Below, piece by piece: positions 48,123-58,249 of a stretch of DNA of 64,000 nucleotides. The number at the start of each line of letters is the position of its first letter. The stretch's first letter is position 1. The notes below the pieces were generated by a model. The model did no database searches. It was not told the origin of the DNA and saw nothing but the letters and a program-made list of their open reading frames with translations. The stretch covers positions 454-64,453 of the forward strand of contig JBBQJL010000008.1 of the NCBI GenBank assembly GCA_038325875.1, read 5' to 3'. The stretch is from Candidatus Limnocylindrales bacterium (GTDB taxonomy: Bacteria > Chloroflexota > Limnocylindria > Limnocylindrales > CSP1-4). A program made the translations under genes and the position numbers.

Positions 48123-48628
48123 GCTCGAGCCCGCTGGGCAGACTTCGGGCGCAGGTCTACGGCGTTCGTGTCGCCGCGCTCGGCGTAGAGCGTGTCGACC
48201 TCACGCTTGAGCGCCTCGAGATCCTCGAAGCTCTGGTACACGCTCGCGAACCGGATGTAGGCGATCTGGTCGATACCGCGGAGCTGCTCCATCGCCAGCG
48301 CACCGATCCGCGAGGAGGGCACCTCGGTCACACCGGCGGCCCGGAGCTCGGCCTCGATCGCATCGGCGGCGGCCTCGGCGGCGCCATCAGGTACGGGTCG
48401 GCGGGTCAGCGCCTTGCGCAGCCCGGAGACGAGCCGGTCCCGATCGAACTCCTGGCGCGCGCCCTCGCGCTTGATGACGACGAGCCGCGCCGCTTCGATC
48501 CGCTCGTAGGTGGTGAACCGCATCGCACACGCGGCGCACTCGCGCCGGCGTCGGATGGTGGCTGAATCATCGAGATCCCGCGAGTCGACGACGCGGGTCT
48601 CCCGCTCGCCGCATTGGGGGCAGCGCAT
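48119..48628 (-). CDS. nrdR: Transcriptional repressor NrdR
   Basis: MRCPQC, VVDSR, IRRRREC..C..RFTTYER, ATP cone, AYIRFASVY. Confidence 0.97.
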   Translation of the reverse strand: MRCPQCGERETRVVDSRDLDDSATIRRRRECAACAMRFTTYERIEAARLVVIKREGARQEFDRDRLVSGLRKALTRRPVPDGAAEAAADAIEAELRAAGVTEVPSSRIGALAMEQLRGIDQIAYIRFASVYQSFEDLEALKREVDTLYAERGDTNAVDLRPKSAQRARA

Positions 48629-48649
48629 CGCTCTCCTGTGTCCCTCGCA

Positions 48650-48696
48650 CCACAAGGGATAGTGGTGTTGCCCGAGGATACCACTAGATGGTGTGG
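48650..48696. promoter_or_regulatory. Tandem NrdR boxes
   Basis: CCACAAGGGATAGTGG (48650) and CCACTAGATGGTGTGG (48681), 31 bp apart, resembling acaCwAtATaTwGtgt. Confidence 0.7.
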
Positions 48697-48709
48697 TCTC
48701 GCCCGTGGA

Positions 48710-49264
48710 CTAGAAGATCCCGCGACCGGCCTTCTGCGCCTTCGTATCGACCTCGAACTCCTGGGCCAGGACGGCGTGGCGGGCGAACGCCTCGCGGGCG
48801 TGGATGAGGTTCAGATAGCCGCGCTTGATCGAGGTCTGGGCCTCGAGCTCGCGCGGGCCGCGCCGCGCGGCGACCATGATCGAGCGGCCGTGCTCGACCA
48901 TCTCGAGCGCTCGTCGCGAGCGCTCGAGCTCGGCCACGAGGTCGGATCGGATGTGCTGGGCCTTACGCGGCCCGCGAAGGGCCTTCGCCTCTTCGGCGTA
49001 GCGCTCGACCGCGTCCATCGCGGCATCGATCGTGTCGGCGATGGTGTCCGGCCCGGCCTGCCGGCGGCGGACCGCATCGATCTGGGCGACGGCGCCGCCC
49101 AGCGACGCATCGACCCGCATGGCGAGGTCCTTGACCGTCCCCCGGAAATGCTCGACCTCGCGGGTCCGGGCGACGATCCGACCGGTGCCCCGGAGGACGA
49201 CCGCCAGCCCCGCGGCGAGCGCGACGAACGCCGCGATCGGGAGCAGGATGGCGATCTGTTCCAT
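48710..49264 (-). CDS. Hypothetical protein, N-terminal TM and helical domain
   Basis: Hydrophobic N-terminus, charged helical remainder, co-oriented with etfA. Confidence 0.7.
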   Translation of the reverse strand: MEQIAILLPIAAFVALAAGLAVVLRGTGRIVARTREVEHFRGTVKDLAMRVDASLGGAVAQIDAVRRRQAGPDTIADTIDAAMDAVERYAEEAKALRGPRKAQHIRSDLVAELERSRRALEMVEHGRSIMVAARRGPRELEAQTSIKRGYLNLIHAREAFARHAVLAQEFEVDTKAQKAGRGIF

Positions 49265-49290
49265 CGTGCCCTTGCCCCCCGCCGGGCCGC

Positions 49291-50277
49291 TCAGCCGGTC
49301 CGGGCGCGGAGCCCTTCGAGGAGGGCCGTGCCGACCTCGAACAGGTCCCCGACGACGAACAGGTCGGCGAATTCACCGATCGGCGCGTCCGGGTCGCGAT
49401 TGACCGCGACGATCACGCCCGAGGTGCGCATCCCGACCTTGTGCTGGATGGCGCCGCTGATGCCGAGCGCGAGGTAGAGCTCGGGCTTGACGATCTTGCC
49501 TGTCTGGCCGATCTGCTGGCTGTACGGGACCCAGCCCGAATCGACCGCTGCGCGGGTCGCCCCCACGGCGCCGCCCAATGCCGCCGCGAGTTGCTCGACG
49601 ATCCCGAAACCATCCGGGCCACCGACCCCGCGCCCGCCGGCGACGATGATCCGGGCTTCCTCGATGGAGGCCTGGGCGCCAGCCTCGCTGACCCGCTCGA
49701 CGACGCGGACCGCGGGCAGGGCCGCCGCCCCCTCGACCGTTCGCGTCTCGACCTTGCCGGTCGCCGCCGCGGGGGCTGCGGTCGTCACGTTCGGGCGAAC
49801 GGTCACGATCCCCCGCCCGCCGGTGAACCCCGAGGTGGTGAGCAGCTTGCCGCCGAAGGCGCTCATCTCGACCGCCGGCCCGGCATCGGTCCAGGCGACC
49901 GCCGTGGCGTTGACGAGGACCCCAAGACCCGTCAGCGCCGAGACGGCGCCAGCCAGATCACGGCCATCCGCGCCGGCCCCGACGAAGACCGCGTCCGGCA
50001 CGTCCGAGTCCCCCGCCGCGAGCAGGTTGGCGAGGTGGGCGGCCGCCACGGCCGACCACGCGTGCTCGGCCGCGGCCGGGTCGGTGATGGCCCAGACGAC
50101 AGGCAGATAGCCGGCCAGCTCCGTCGCCATCGCGGATGGGTCCGCCCCGATGACGATCCCGACCACATCGCGCTTCGCCGACCCGGCGAGCTCGCGTGCC
50201 AGCGTGGCCGCCTCTGCGCTGACCCGGGCGATCGCGCCGTCGGCGCCGGGTTCGGCGACGACCCACAACGCGCCCAT
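49291..50277 (-). CDS. etfA: Electron transfer flavoprotein alpha subunit
   Basis: AGGRG, GATRAAVD, QIGQTGK, GISGAIQH. Confidence 0.96.
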   Translation of the reverse strand: MGALWVVAEPGADGAIARVSAEAATLARELAGSAKRDVVGIVIGADPSAMATELAGYLPVVWAITDPAAAEHAWSAVAAAHLANLLAAGDSDVPDAVFVGAGADGRDLAGAVSALTGLGVLVNATAVAWTDAGPAVEMSAFGGKLLTTSGFTGGRGIVTVRPNVTTAAPAAATGKVETRTVEGAAALPAVRVVERVSEAGAQASIEEARIIVAGGRGVGGPDGFGIVEQLAAALGGAVGATRAAVDSGWVPYSQQIGQTGKIVKPELYLALGISGAIQHKVGMRTSGVIVAVNRDPDAPIGEFADLFVVGDLFEVGTALLEGLRARTG

Positions 50278-51068
50278 CAGATGAGCCTCCGCTCGGCCAG
50301 GAAGTCGACGATCCGGGCGGCGCCCTCGGCCGGGGTGCCGCGCACGACCTCGGTCGCGGCGCGGGCCGGCGGCTGGCGGCTGTCGAGCAAGGATGTTGTT
50401 GCCACGCTTCCACCGACCGTCGCCGGATCGAGTCCAAGGTCCGCCAGCGAGCGGGTGACGATCTCCTTGCTCCGGGCGGCCATGATCCCCTTGAGCGATG
50501 GGTAGCGCGGCTCGCCGAGCGCCTGCGTGCCGGCGATGACGACGGGCATCGGCGCCTCGAGCAGGTCGTAGCCGGTGGCGCTGATCCGCCGGACCCGGAC
50601 GGTGCGTGCCGCCATGTCGGGTTCGATGCGCGCGGCGTAGGACAGGAACGGCAGCCCGAGGTGGGCCGCCACCGATGCGGGCACGATGCCGCCGACCCCG
50701 TCGGATGCGTCGATCCCGGCGAAGACCATGTCGAACTCGAGGTCGCCGAGGGCGGCAGCCAGGACCTTTGCCGTGGAAACGTGGTCGGAGCCGGCCAGGG
50801 CCGAGTCGGTGATATGGACGCCGCGGGTCGCCCCCATGGCCAGCGCCTTGCGCAGCGTCTCGGGGGCGTTGGCAGGCGCCATCGATAGCAGTGTGATCTC
50901 GCCCTCGCCCGCCTCGGCGATCAGCCTGAGCGCCGCCTCGAGGACATACTCGTCGTTGCCGTTGACCACGGCCGGCACGGCGGCCCGGTCGAGCCGGCCA
51001 TCGGGGCCGAGCTTCTCACCGCCTGACGCCGGATCCGGCACGGGTTTCACGAGGACGACGATGCGCAC
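50277..51068 (-). CDS. etfB: Electron transfer flavoprotein beta subunit
   Basis: VKPVPD, ALAMGA, EPRYPSLKGIMAA. Confidence 0.95.
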   Translation of the reverse strand: MRIVVLVKPVPDPASGGEKLGPDGRLDRAAVPAVVNGNDEYVLEAALRLIAEAGEGEITLLSMAPANAPETLRKALAMGATRGVHITDSALAGSDHVSTAKVLAAALGDLEFDMVFAGIDASDGVGGIVPASVAAHLGLPFLSYAARIEPDMAARTVRVRRISATGYDLLEAPMPVVIAGTQALGEPRYPSLKGIMAARSKEIVTRSLADLGLDPATVGGSVATTSLLDSRQPPARAATEVVRGTPAEGAARIVDFLAERRLI

Positions 51069-51091
51069 GACGCGAGGCTCCTCCCTGGCGG

Positions 51092-52282
51092 TCAGCTGCC
51101 CTTGCCGAGCAGTGCCCGCGCGACGACCAGACGCTGGATCTGTTGGGTGCCTTCGTAGAGCTGGGTGAGCTTCGCATCGCGCATCATCCGCTCCACCGGG
51201 AACTCATCGATGTAGCCGTAGCCCCCGAGCACCTGGACGGCATCGGTGGTGACGCGCATCGCGGCATCCCCGGCCACGAGTTTACACATCGCCGACCACC
51301 GGCTCGCGTCGGCTGCACCGGCGTCGATCTCGACGCAGGCCTTGTACAGGAGCTGACGAGCGCCCTCGGTGGCTGCGTCCATGTCGGCCAGCATCGCGCC
51401 GACCATCTGGAGGTCGCCGATCCGTTTGCCGAACTGCTCGCGGTCCCTTGCGTACGCGGTCGCGACCTCGAGCGCGCCCTGGGCGATCCCGACTGCCTGG
51501 GCGGCGATCCCGGGCCGGCTACGATCGAACGTCCGCATGGCCAGGGAGAACCCGTCCCCCTCGGCGCCGATCCGGTTTGTCGCCGGGACCCGCACGCCAT
51601 CGAAGGCGAGCTCCGCGGTCGGGCTCCCGCGCATGCCCATCTTGTGCTCGATCCGGGCGACCGAGAAGCCGGGCGTCGGGACCTCGACGATGAAGCAGGT
51701 CATCCGGTCGCGGCGGGAAGCATCGCCCTCGCCCTCGCCCTCGACGACGGCGAAGACCGTGATCAGATCCGCCACCGATCCCTGGCTGATGAACCGCTTC
51801 GAACCGGTGATGACGTAGGCGTCGCCGTCCCGGGTGGCGGTCGTTCGGATCGATGCGACATCCGAGCCAGCCTCGGCCTCGGTCAGCGCGAACGCGATCA
51901 GGTGTTCACCGGTTGCCAGCTTCGGGATCCAGCGGGCTTTCTGGTCATCGGTGCCGACCAGGAGCAACGGCAGCGAGGCCAGCTCCTGGACGGCCAGGAT
52001 GAGCCCGGTCGTGGCGCACGCCCGGCTGAGCTGCTCCACAGCGAGACAGACGCTGAGCAGATCGCCGCCCAGACCGCCGTATTCGGCCGGGAACGGCAGG
52101 GCGAGGATGTCCTGGGCCGCCAGCAACTCGCGGAGGTCCTGCGGGAACTCGCCCGTCCGGTCGATCTCGCCGGCCCGCGGGGCGACCCTGGCATCGGCGA
52201 GGGTGCGGACGGCGTCGCGGAGGAGCGTCTGCTCCTCGGTCAGGCGGTACGTGGGCGGCGTCGAGGCGGTCACCGTCGGCAT
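51092..52282 (-). CDS. Acyl-CoA dehydrogenase
   Basis: FALTEAEAGSD, KMGMRGS, REQFG, GGYGY, YEGT. Confidence 0.95.
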   Translation of the reverse strand: MPTVTASTPPTYRLTEEQTLLRDAVRTLADARVAPRAGEIDRTGEFPQDLRELLAAQDILALPFPAEYGGLGGDLLSVCLAVEQLSRACATTGLILAVQELASLPLLLVGTDDQKARWIPKLATGEHLIAFALTEAEAGSDVASIRTTATRDGDAYVITGSKRFISQGSVADLITVFAVVEGEGEGDASRRDRMTCFIVEVPTPGFSVARIEHKMGMRGSPTAELAFDGVRVPATNRIGAEGDGFSLAMRTFDRSRPGIAAQAVGIAQGALEVATAYARDREQFGKRIGDLQMVGAMLADMDAATEGARQLLYKACVEIDAGAADASRWSAMCKLVAGDAAMRVTTDAVQVLGGYGYIDEFPVERMMRDAKLTQLYEGTQQIQRLVVARALLGKGS

Positions 52283-52409
52283 CGTAGCAGCGAGGGCCTA
52301 TCCGAACGCCATGAGCATGGTGAGGCTGCGTGTGCCGGGTACCGTGCTCTTCGAGGGCAGCCCTTGCGGTCGACGCCCCGGCTACATGACGAAACGCCGA
52401 AACGTCGGA

Positions 52410-52742
52410 TCAGCCGGTCGGGGGCTTGTACGCTTTGCGTGCGGTAGCGGCCTGCTGGACGATGGCCGCCTGCTCGTCGCCGTCGAAGATCTGGTGCGTC
52501 TCGACACCGGTGATGGCGCCCGTTGCGCCAACCGCGGCGGCCAACGCAGCGGCGGCCACGCCGTCAGGCAAGTCCGCGATGAAGAAGCCATCGTGCTTGC
52601 CTTGCATCCAGTAGAAGGCCTCCTGCGTGCCTCCCAGCGATTCGACGAGCGTCCTCGCCGCTGCGGACCGGTCGCTCGGCTTCTCGATCATGGCCTTCGC
52701 GGAATCGGGTGTGTACGAGAAAAATGCGATGAACCTCGGCAT
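52410..52742 (-). CDS. GYD domain protein
   Basis: DR..AAR.LVESLGG...FYWMQGKHD...AYKPP. Confidence 0.8.
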   Translation of the reverse strand: MPRFIAFFSYTPDSAKAMIEKPSDRSAAARTLVESLGGTQEAFYWMQGKHDGFFIADLPDGVAAAALAAAVGATGAITGVETHQIFDGDEQAAIVQQAATARKAYKPPTG

Positions 52743-52890
52743 TGGGGGTCCTCCTTGTGGGCGCTGAGCGCCAGCTCTGAGCCGTTTCGTCGATCGCCTG
52801 GTGCGACCGGACCGGCCGCCGCACTCGCGGCTCCTGTGTTGGTTCGGGATGGCTCCGCGTACAGACAAGAGTATGTCGCAGTTGGGCCAG

Positions 52891-55008
52891 TCACATCACC
52901 GGCAGCTGCCGCTCCGCGGGGGCCGTGGCGATGCGTGCCGCCAGGACCTCGCTGATGTCCATGGCCTTGACCGTCGTTCCGCCGGGGGCCGCCGCCAGCC
53001 CGTCGCTCATCATCACCATGCAGAACGGGCATGACGTGGCCACGGTCTCCGCGCCCGTTTCGAGCACCTGGGCGGTCCGGGCCTCGTTGATGCGCGTGCC
53101 GCGGGTCTCCTCCATCCACATCCGGCCGCCACCGGCGCCGCAGCAGAACGTGTTCTTGCCCGACTTCTCCATCTCCGTGATCGAGACGCCCGCCGCGCCC
53201 AGCACGTCCCGTGGCGCGGCGATCACATTGTTGTAGCGGGCGAGGTAGCACGAATCGTGGACCGTGACGCTGCCCGGGCGATGGTCGCCGGTCTCCGAGC
53301 CCGCCTCCTCAGGCAACGTCGCCAGCCGTCCGGACGACACCAGCTCGGCCAGGAACTGCGAGTGATGGACGATCCGGTAATCGCCACCCAGCTGGCCGTA
53401 CTCGTTGCCGATCGTGTTGAAGCAGTGCGGACACGCGGTCACGATCGTCCGCTCGCCCATCCCGTAGCGATCAAGTGTCTCGACGTTGCCGCCGGCCAGC
53501 ATCTGGAAGACGTAATCATTGCCCATCCGACGGGCCGGATCGCCGGTGCACGACTCCTCCTGGCCCAGGATCGCGAACCGGACGCCGGCCGCATGGAGGC
53601 ACGTCGCGACCGCGCGGGCGACCTTCTGGTTGCGCGGATCGAACGCCGCCGCACAGCCGACCCAATAGAGCACGTCGAGCTCGTCGAGCCGGCCCTCGGC
53701 CGCCATCGAGGCGACGGTCGGGACCTCGAACTCGAGCGGCTTGGTCCAGTCGAGCCGCGCCGATGCCGGCTGACCCCACGGGTTGCCCTGGTTCTCCATC
53801 GAGCGGAAGGCGTTGGTCAGCTCGCCCGGGAAGCGGCTCTCCTCGAGGACGAGGTTCCGCCGCAGGCCGACGATCTTGTCGACATGCTCGATCAGGACCG
53901 GGCAGGCCTCGACGCAGGCGCCGCAGGTCACGCAGTCCCAAACGGCGTCATACGGGATGGCGTCGTCGACGATCGGCTTGGCCAGGGCGGCCGCGGACAC
54001 GGTCGTGTCGTCGAGCCCGTACGTCTCGCGCACGATCGGCGAGTTGGGGATGATGTCGATCCCGTGCTCGGCATCCACCGCCATGTGGCGGATGCCCATG
54101 ATCATCGCCTTGGGGTTGAGCGGCTTGCCCGTGTTGTAGGCGGGGCAGGCTTCCTGGCAGCGGCCGCACTCGGTGCACGTGAAGCCGTCGAGCAGATCCT
54201 TCCAGCCGAGGTCCTGGAGGGTCTTGAGCCCGAACGTCGCGTTCTCGTCCTCGAGATCGAGCTTGGGCAACTCGCCGCGCGGCGCCAGCTTGCGGAAGAA
54301 GATGTTCGGGAAGGCCGTCGCCATGTGGAGGTGCTTGCTGAACGGCAGGTAGCACAGGAATGCGGCGACTAGCGCGATATGCGCCCACCACAGCACCGCG
54401 AAGGCGCTCTCGAGGACGCCAGGCGACAGGTTCCGCAACGGCACCGCCAGCGTGTTGGAGATGAAGGCGCCCGGGATCTCGCCGTGCGCCGCGACCTGGA
54501 AGACCTGGGCGAGAAGCTCGGTCGCGACGACGCCGCCGATCATCCCGAGGATGAGCAGCGCGTCACGGTTGAGCGAAAGGCGGGGTGGCTTGAGCACCAG
54601 CCGGCGGTAGTAGGCCCAGCCGATCGATACGATGACGACGACCGCCACCACGTTCTGCATCGCGCTGATCGCGGCCCACAGCAGCCCGTCGAACGGGATC
54701 GACAGCACCGTCTGGATGAGGCCACCGGTCACGATGTCCGCCGTGCCGATGGTCAGCAGCACGAACCCCCAGAAGATGCCGGCGTGCATCACCCCGGCCT
54801 CGAGATCCTTGAACATCTTTCTCTGGATGAACGCGTACTCGACCAGACCGACCACTCGCGCCGGGACGTTGGCGAACGGGCGCGACGGGCGGGCGACCGC
54901 GAACACCCGCAGGTGACGGGCCATCGCGAGCAGGAAGAAGACGGCCGAGCCCCAGAAGATCGGGAAGACCAACGGATAGGCCGGGACTTCGGCGAATGGC
55001 GCGAACAT
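52891..55008 (-). CDS. fadF: FadF-like membrane Fe-S oxidoreductase (heterodisulfide reductase-related)
   Basis: TM region, CTECGRCQEACP, CVTCGACVEACP, CCG domains (CTGD, CCGAGGG). Confidence 0.88.
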   Translation of the reverse strand: MFAPFAEVPAYPLVFPIFWGSAVFFLLAMARHLRVFAVARPSRPFANVPARVVGLVEYAFIQRKMFKDLEAGVMHAGIFWGFVLLTIGTADIVTGGLIQTVLSIPFDGLLWAAISAMQNVVAVVVIVSIGWAYYRRLVLKPPRLSLNRDALLILGMIGGVVATELLAQVFQVAAHGEIPGAFISNTLAVPLRNLSPGVLESAFAVLWWAHIALVAAFLCYLPFSKHLHMATAFPNIFFRKLAPRGELPKLDLEDENATFGLKTLQDLGWKDLLDGFTCTECGRCQEACPAYNTGKPLNPKAMIMGIRHMAVDAEHGIDIIPNSPIVRETYGLDDTTVSAAALAKPIVDDAIPYDAVWDCVTCGACVEACPVLIEHVDKIVGLRRNLVLEESRFPGELTNAFRSMENQGNPWGQPASARLDWTKPLEFEVPTVASMAAEGRLDELDVLYWVGCAAAFDPRNQKVARAVATCLHAAGVRFAILGQEESCTGDPARRMGNDYVFQMLAGGNVETLDRYGMGERTIVTACPHCFNTIGNEYGQLGGDYRIVHHSQFLAELVSSGRLATLPEEAGSETGDHRPGSVTVHDSCYLARYNNVIAAPRDVLGAAGVSITEMEKSGKNTFCCGAGGGRMWMEETRGTRINEARTAQVLETGAETVATSCPFCMVMMSDGLAAAPGGTTVKAMDISEVLAARIATAPAERQLPVM

Positions 55009-55015
55009 CGGGCGG

Positions 55016-55522
55016 TCAGCCTCCCTCGGATGTGATCGCGTGATCGTACGGGCCGGCGAGGGTGTCGAGGGCGTGATCCAGCACGCCCTCGATCGCCTCG
55101 AGCGACTCGATGGCGCCCTTGGGGCTGCCGGGCCGATTGACGATCAGCGCCCGACCCCGCACCCCGACGACGCCGCGCGACAGGTCCGCCAGCGGGGTCA
55201 CGGCCCGCCCGGCCGCGCGCATCGCCTCGGCCAGCCCTGGGACCTCGTAGTCGACCACCGCGCGGGTGGCCTGCGGGGTCACGTCGCGTGGGGTCAGCCC
55301 CGTGCCGCCGGTCGTGATGACCAGCGGGTGCCGTGCCGCGCCGTCGGTCAGCGCGGCCTCGATGGCCCGCTGGTCGTCCGGGACGAGCCCGCGCTCGACG
55401 GCGTAGCCGAGGGCCGTCAGCCGGTCCTCCACTCGCGCCCCTGAGGCATCCTGACGGACACCCGCCGCGACACCATCGCTGGCGGTGATGACCAGCACCG
55501 ACCGGAGGCGGGCATCGGTCAT
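55016..55522 (-). CDS. moaB: MoaB/MogA molybdopterin adenylyltransferase
   Basis: SD, D.SG, VPDD, TTGGTG..PRDVTP, N(R)PGSP. Confidence 0.88.
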   Translation of the reverse strand: MTDARLRSVLVITASDGVAAGVRQDASGARVEDRLTALGYAVERGLVPDDQRAIEAALTDGAARHPLVITTGGTGLTPRDVTPQATRAVVDYEVPGLAEAMRAAGRAVTPLADLSRGVVGVRGRALIVNRPGSPKGAIESLEAIEGVLDHALDTLAGPYDHAITSEGG

Positions 55523-55529
55523 CGGGCGA

Positions 55530-56120
55530 TCACCCGTTTCCCTTGTGCTTCGACCCAACCCGACCCGCCACTCGCGATCCCGGGCGTGGCCGGGCGGGGG
55601 CGACATCGGGGGCCGCCTGACGCGTCCATGTCCCGGTCTTGCCACCTGTCTTGGACACGAGCCGGACGGCCCGGATCTCGACCCCGCGCTCGACGCCCTT
55701 GACCATGTCGTAGATCGTCAACGCGGCGACGGAGGCGGCGGTCATGGCCTCCATCTCGACCCCGGTCTGACCGGTCGTCGCGGCCTCGGCCCGGATCCGC
55801 AGCACGCCGGCGGCACGGTCCGGCGTGATGGCCACCACCAGATCGGTCAATGCCAGCGGGTGGCACAGCGGGATGAGCTCGCTGGTGCGCTTGCCGCCCA
55901 TCACCCCGGCCAGCTCGGCCACACCCAGGACGTCGCCCTTGGTCCCGCCGCCATCGATGACCAGGCTCATCGTCTCCTGCGAGACCGCGACTGCCGCCTC
56001 GGCCACCGCACGTCGTGCCGTCATGGGCTTGTCGGAGACGTCGACCATCCGCGGCCGGCCGGCCCGGTCCATGTGCGAGAGCCGGCGCCGTTCGGCGCGC
56101 GGTTGTGGTCTCGATTCCAT
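55530..56120 (-). CDS. moaC: Cyclic pyranopterin monophosphate synthase
   Basis: LSH, MVDVSDK, KGDVL, LIPLCHP, TGVEMEA, IYDMVK. Confidence 0.96.
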   Translation of the reverse strand: MESRPQPRAERRRLSHMDRAGRPRMVDVSDKPMTARRAVAEAAVAVSQETMSLVIDGGGTKGDVLGVAELAGVMGGKRTSELIPLCHPLALTDLVVAITPDRAAGVLRIRAEAATTGQTGVEMEAMTAASVAALTIYDMVKGVERGVEIRAVRLVSKTGGKTGTWTRQAAPDVAPARPRPGSRVAGRVGSKHKGNG

Positions 56121-56174
56121 CGGGTCCTCCGGGATATGGGCGGGTCGCGGACGATGTTCAGTCGCAGGGCGCCC

Positions 56175-57509
56175 TCATGCGCGGTCGAGCCACCACAGCG
56201 CGACCTCGGCGCCGGCCGGCAGCGAATCGTCAGCTTCAGGGATGACGGCCAATGCGTCGGCGACCGCGAGGGCCGAGATCACATGGCTCCCCTGCCCGCC
56301 CGCGAGGTGGACCCGGACCCGACCCCGCTCGTCGCGCAGGATCGAGCCGGCACCATCGCGCTCGGCTTCGACGCGCAGGAACGCCCGCCGACCGTGGCTC
56401 TTGTCCACGCGCTCGCCGAGCACGGCGCGATCGACCGGGCGCAGGAGGTCATGGCGGCCGGCCAGCCGCCGGATGGCGGGTCGGACGAAGAGCTCGAAGG
56501 TGACGGCGGACGACACCGGGTTGCCTGGCAGGCCGAAGACGACGATCGAGGGGCCTCCGCCGGATCGCTCGGCCGTGCCGAACGCGAACGGCTTGCCGGG
56601 CTGGACCGCGACGCGCCAGAGGTCGATCCGGCCGATCGTCTCGATCGCGGTCTTGACCACGTCATACGGGCCGACCGAGACGCCGCCGGCGACGATGATC
56701 GCGTCGACGCCTGCATCGAGCCCGCGTCGCAACCGGGTCACCACGTCGTCGAGATCGTCGCTCGCGATCCCCAGGTCGACGGCCTCGCCGCCCGACGCCG
56801 TCACGAGGGCGCGCAGACCGGGGCCGTTGGCGTCCGGGATGCCGGCCGGGCCGAGCGGCTGGCCGGGCGCCCGGACCTCGTCGCCGGTCGCCAGGACCGC
56901 GACCCGCGGTCGGCGATGGACCACGACGGCTTCGACCCCGGCGCCGGCGAGCAGCGTCACGATAGCGGCGGTCACCGCCGTGCCCGGACCGACGAGCGTC
57001 GCCCCCGCCTCGAGATCGCTCCCGAGGGCGCGCACGGAGCCGCCGGTCCGCACGGCTTCGTGAACCAGGCAGGCCCTCGGCAGCGGACCCGTTGCGTCGC
57101 GCCCGCGGTCCCCCGGCCGACCCGCCGCGTCGATCGGTGTGGTCGCCTCCACGGGGACCACGGCGTCCGCGCCATCCGGGAGCCGGGCGCCCGTCGCGAT
57201 GCGGACGGCCGTTCCGGGTCGGACCGTCACGTCGGGATCGGCCCCGGCGGCGATGTCCCCGATGACCTCGAGCCGGGCGGGTTCGGTCTCGGCCGCGCTG
57301 GCGGTGTCGGCCGCGCGGATCGCGTAGCCGTCCATCGCAGAGTTGGGCCATGGCGGGAGTGCGACCCGCGCCGACACGGTCTCGGCGGTGATGCGCCCGA
57401 GCGCGTCGGCGGCCGGGATCCGCTCCGTCCCGACCGGCTCGACGGCGGCCAGCACGGCGTCGCGCGCGGTCTCGACGCTGAGCAGGCCGGGCACGGCGGA
57501 CGCGGTCAC
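56175..57509 (-). CDS. moeA: Molybdopterin molybdenumtransferase
   Basis: NSAMDGYA, IATGA, TGDE, GGVSVG.YD, QPGKP, LPGNP; GTG 57509. Confidence 0.95.
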   Translation of the reverse strand: MTASAVPGLLSVETARDAVLAAVEPVGTERIPAADALGRITAETVSARVALPPWPNSAMDGYAIRAADTASAAETEPARLEVIGDIAAGADPDVTVRPGTAVRIATGARLPDGADAVVPVEATTPIDAAGRPGDRGRDATGPLPRACLVHEAVRTGGSVRALGSDLEAGATLVGPGTAVTAAIVTLLAGAGVEAVVVHRRPRVAVLATGDEVRAPGQPLGPAGIPDANGPGLRALVTASGGEAVDLGIASDDLDDVVTRLRRGLDAGVDAIIVAGGVSVGPYDVVKTAIETIGRIDLWRVAVQPGKPFAFGTAERSGGGPSIVVFGLPGNPVSSAVTFELFVRPAIRRLAGRHDLLRPVDRAVLGERVDKSHGRRAFLRVEAERDGAGSILRDERGRVRVHLAGGQGSHVISALAVADALAVIPEADDSLPAGAEVALWWLDRA

Positions 57510-57544
57510 GAGCCGGGCTCCCACGCGGTCACGAGCCAGGTTCC
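57500..57544 (-). repeat. 23-bp-period tandem duplication of a stop/start junction creating mini-ORF MTAWEPGS*
   Basis: ACGCGGTCACGAGCCGGGCTCC (57500-57521) and ACGCGGTCACGAGCCAGGTTCC (57523-57544). Confidence 0.75.
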
Positions 57545-58221
57545 GCCATGGCCGCCAGCTCGCGTTCCGGGCGGGCGGCCCCGAATCGTGCCGCACGTCG
57601 TCCGGCCGCGAAGGTGACTGCCAGGGCGACCGCGATGATGACCGCGCCGACGACCAACGCGGTCTCGTCCCAGAACTGGAACGGGAAGAGCTGGACGAGG
57701 CGGTCGGTGGCCGGGTCGAAGAGATACGACCCGGCCGGGAAGAAGATCTCGTGGAAGACCTCGAAGAGCTGATCGAACGCGAAGAACCCGACCACCCCGA
57801 CGATGACGGTGCCGACCGTCAGACCGAGCGCGCCGCCGCGGACCGCGCGCCAGACGCCGGCCCGATGCGCCCGCCGACTCGCGAGGACCAGGACTACGAC
57901 CGAGAGTACGGCCAGGATCCAGAGCCCGCGAAACACCGAACGGACGTCCGCCATGTGGGCCTGTTCGCGCTCGTTCAGCACCGCTTGCCCGTGCAGCTCG
58001 ACCGCGAAGCCGCCACCGACTACGAGATCGGCCAGGATCGCGTCGGTCGCGACACGCAGCCCCTCGGTCGTGAAGCCGGTCCAGGCGGTCGCATCCGCCC
58101 GGCCCTGTTCGAAGGCGACCCACTGTGGCGAGAGGAACGGCACGATCGTGAGGGTCACGATGACGATCGCCGTGGCGACGCCGATCAGGACCGAGGCGGC
58201 ACGGCTGCCGGTGGCGTTCAC
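57529..58221 (-). CDS. DUF1461/TIGR01906 family membrane protein (Lit-like)
   Basis: REQAHMADVR, FDQLFEVFHEIFF, FDP..D.LVQLFP..FW. Confidence 0.82.
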   Translation of the reverse strand: MNATGSRAASVLIGVATAIVIVTLTIVPFLSPQWVAFEQGRADATAWTGFTTEGLRVATDAILADLVVGGGFAVELHGQAVLNEREQAHMADVRSVFRGLWILAVLSVVVLVLASRRAHRAGVWRAVRGGALGLTVGTVIVGVVGFFAFDQLFEVFHEIFFPAGSYLFDPATDRLVQLFPFQFWDETALVVGAVIIAVALAVTFAAGRRAARFGAARPERELAAMAEPGS

Positions 58222-58249
58222 CGCGTCATCCTAGCCCGTTCGGGCCGGA

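Noticed and set aside
52382-52410. ...RRFVM* as a duplicated fadF tail flanking the GYD gene
   Set aside because: Nucleotide similarity to the fadF end is negligible and it does not overlap the next start
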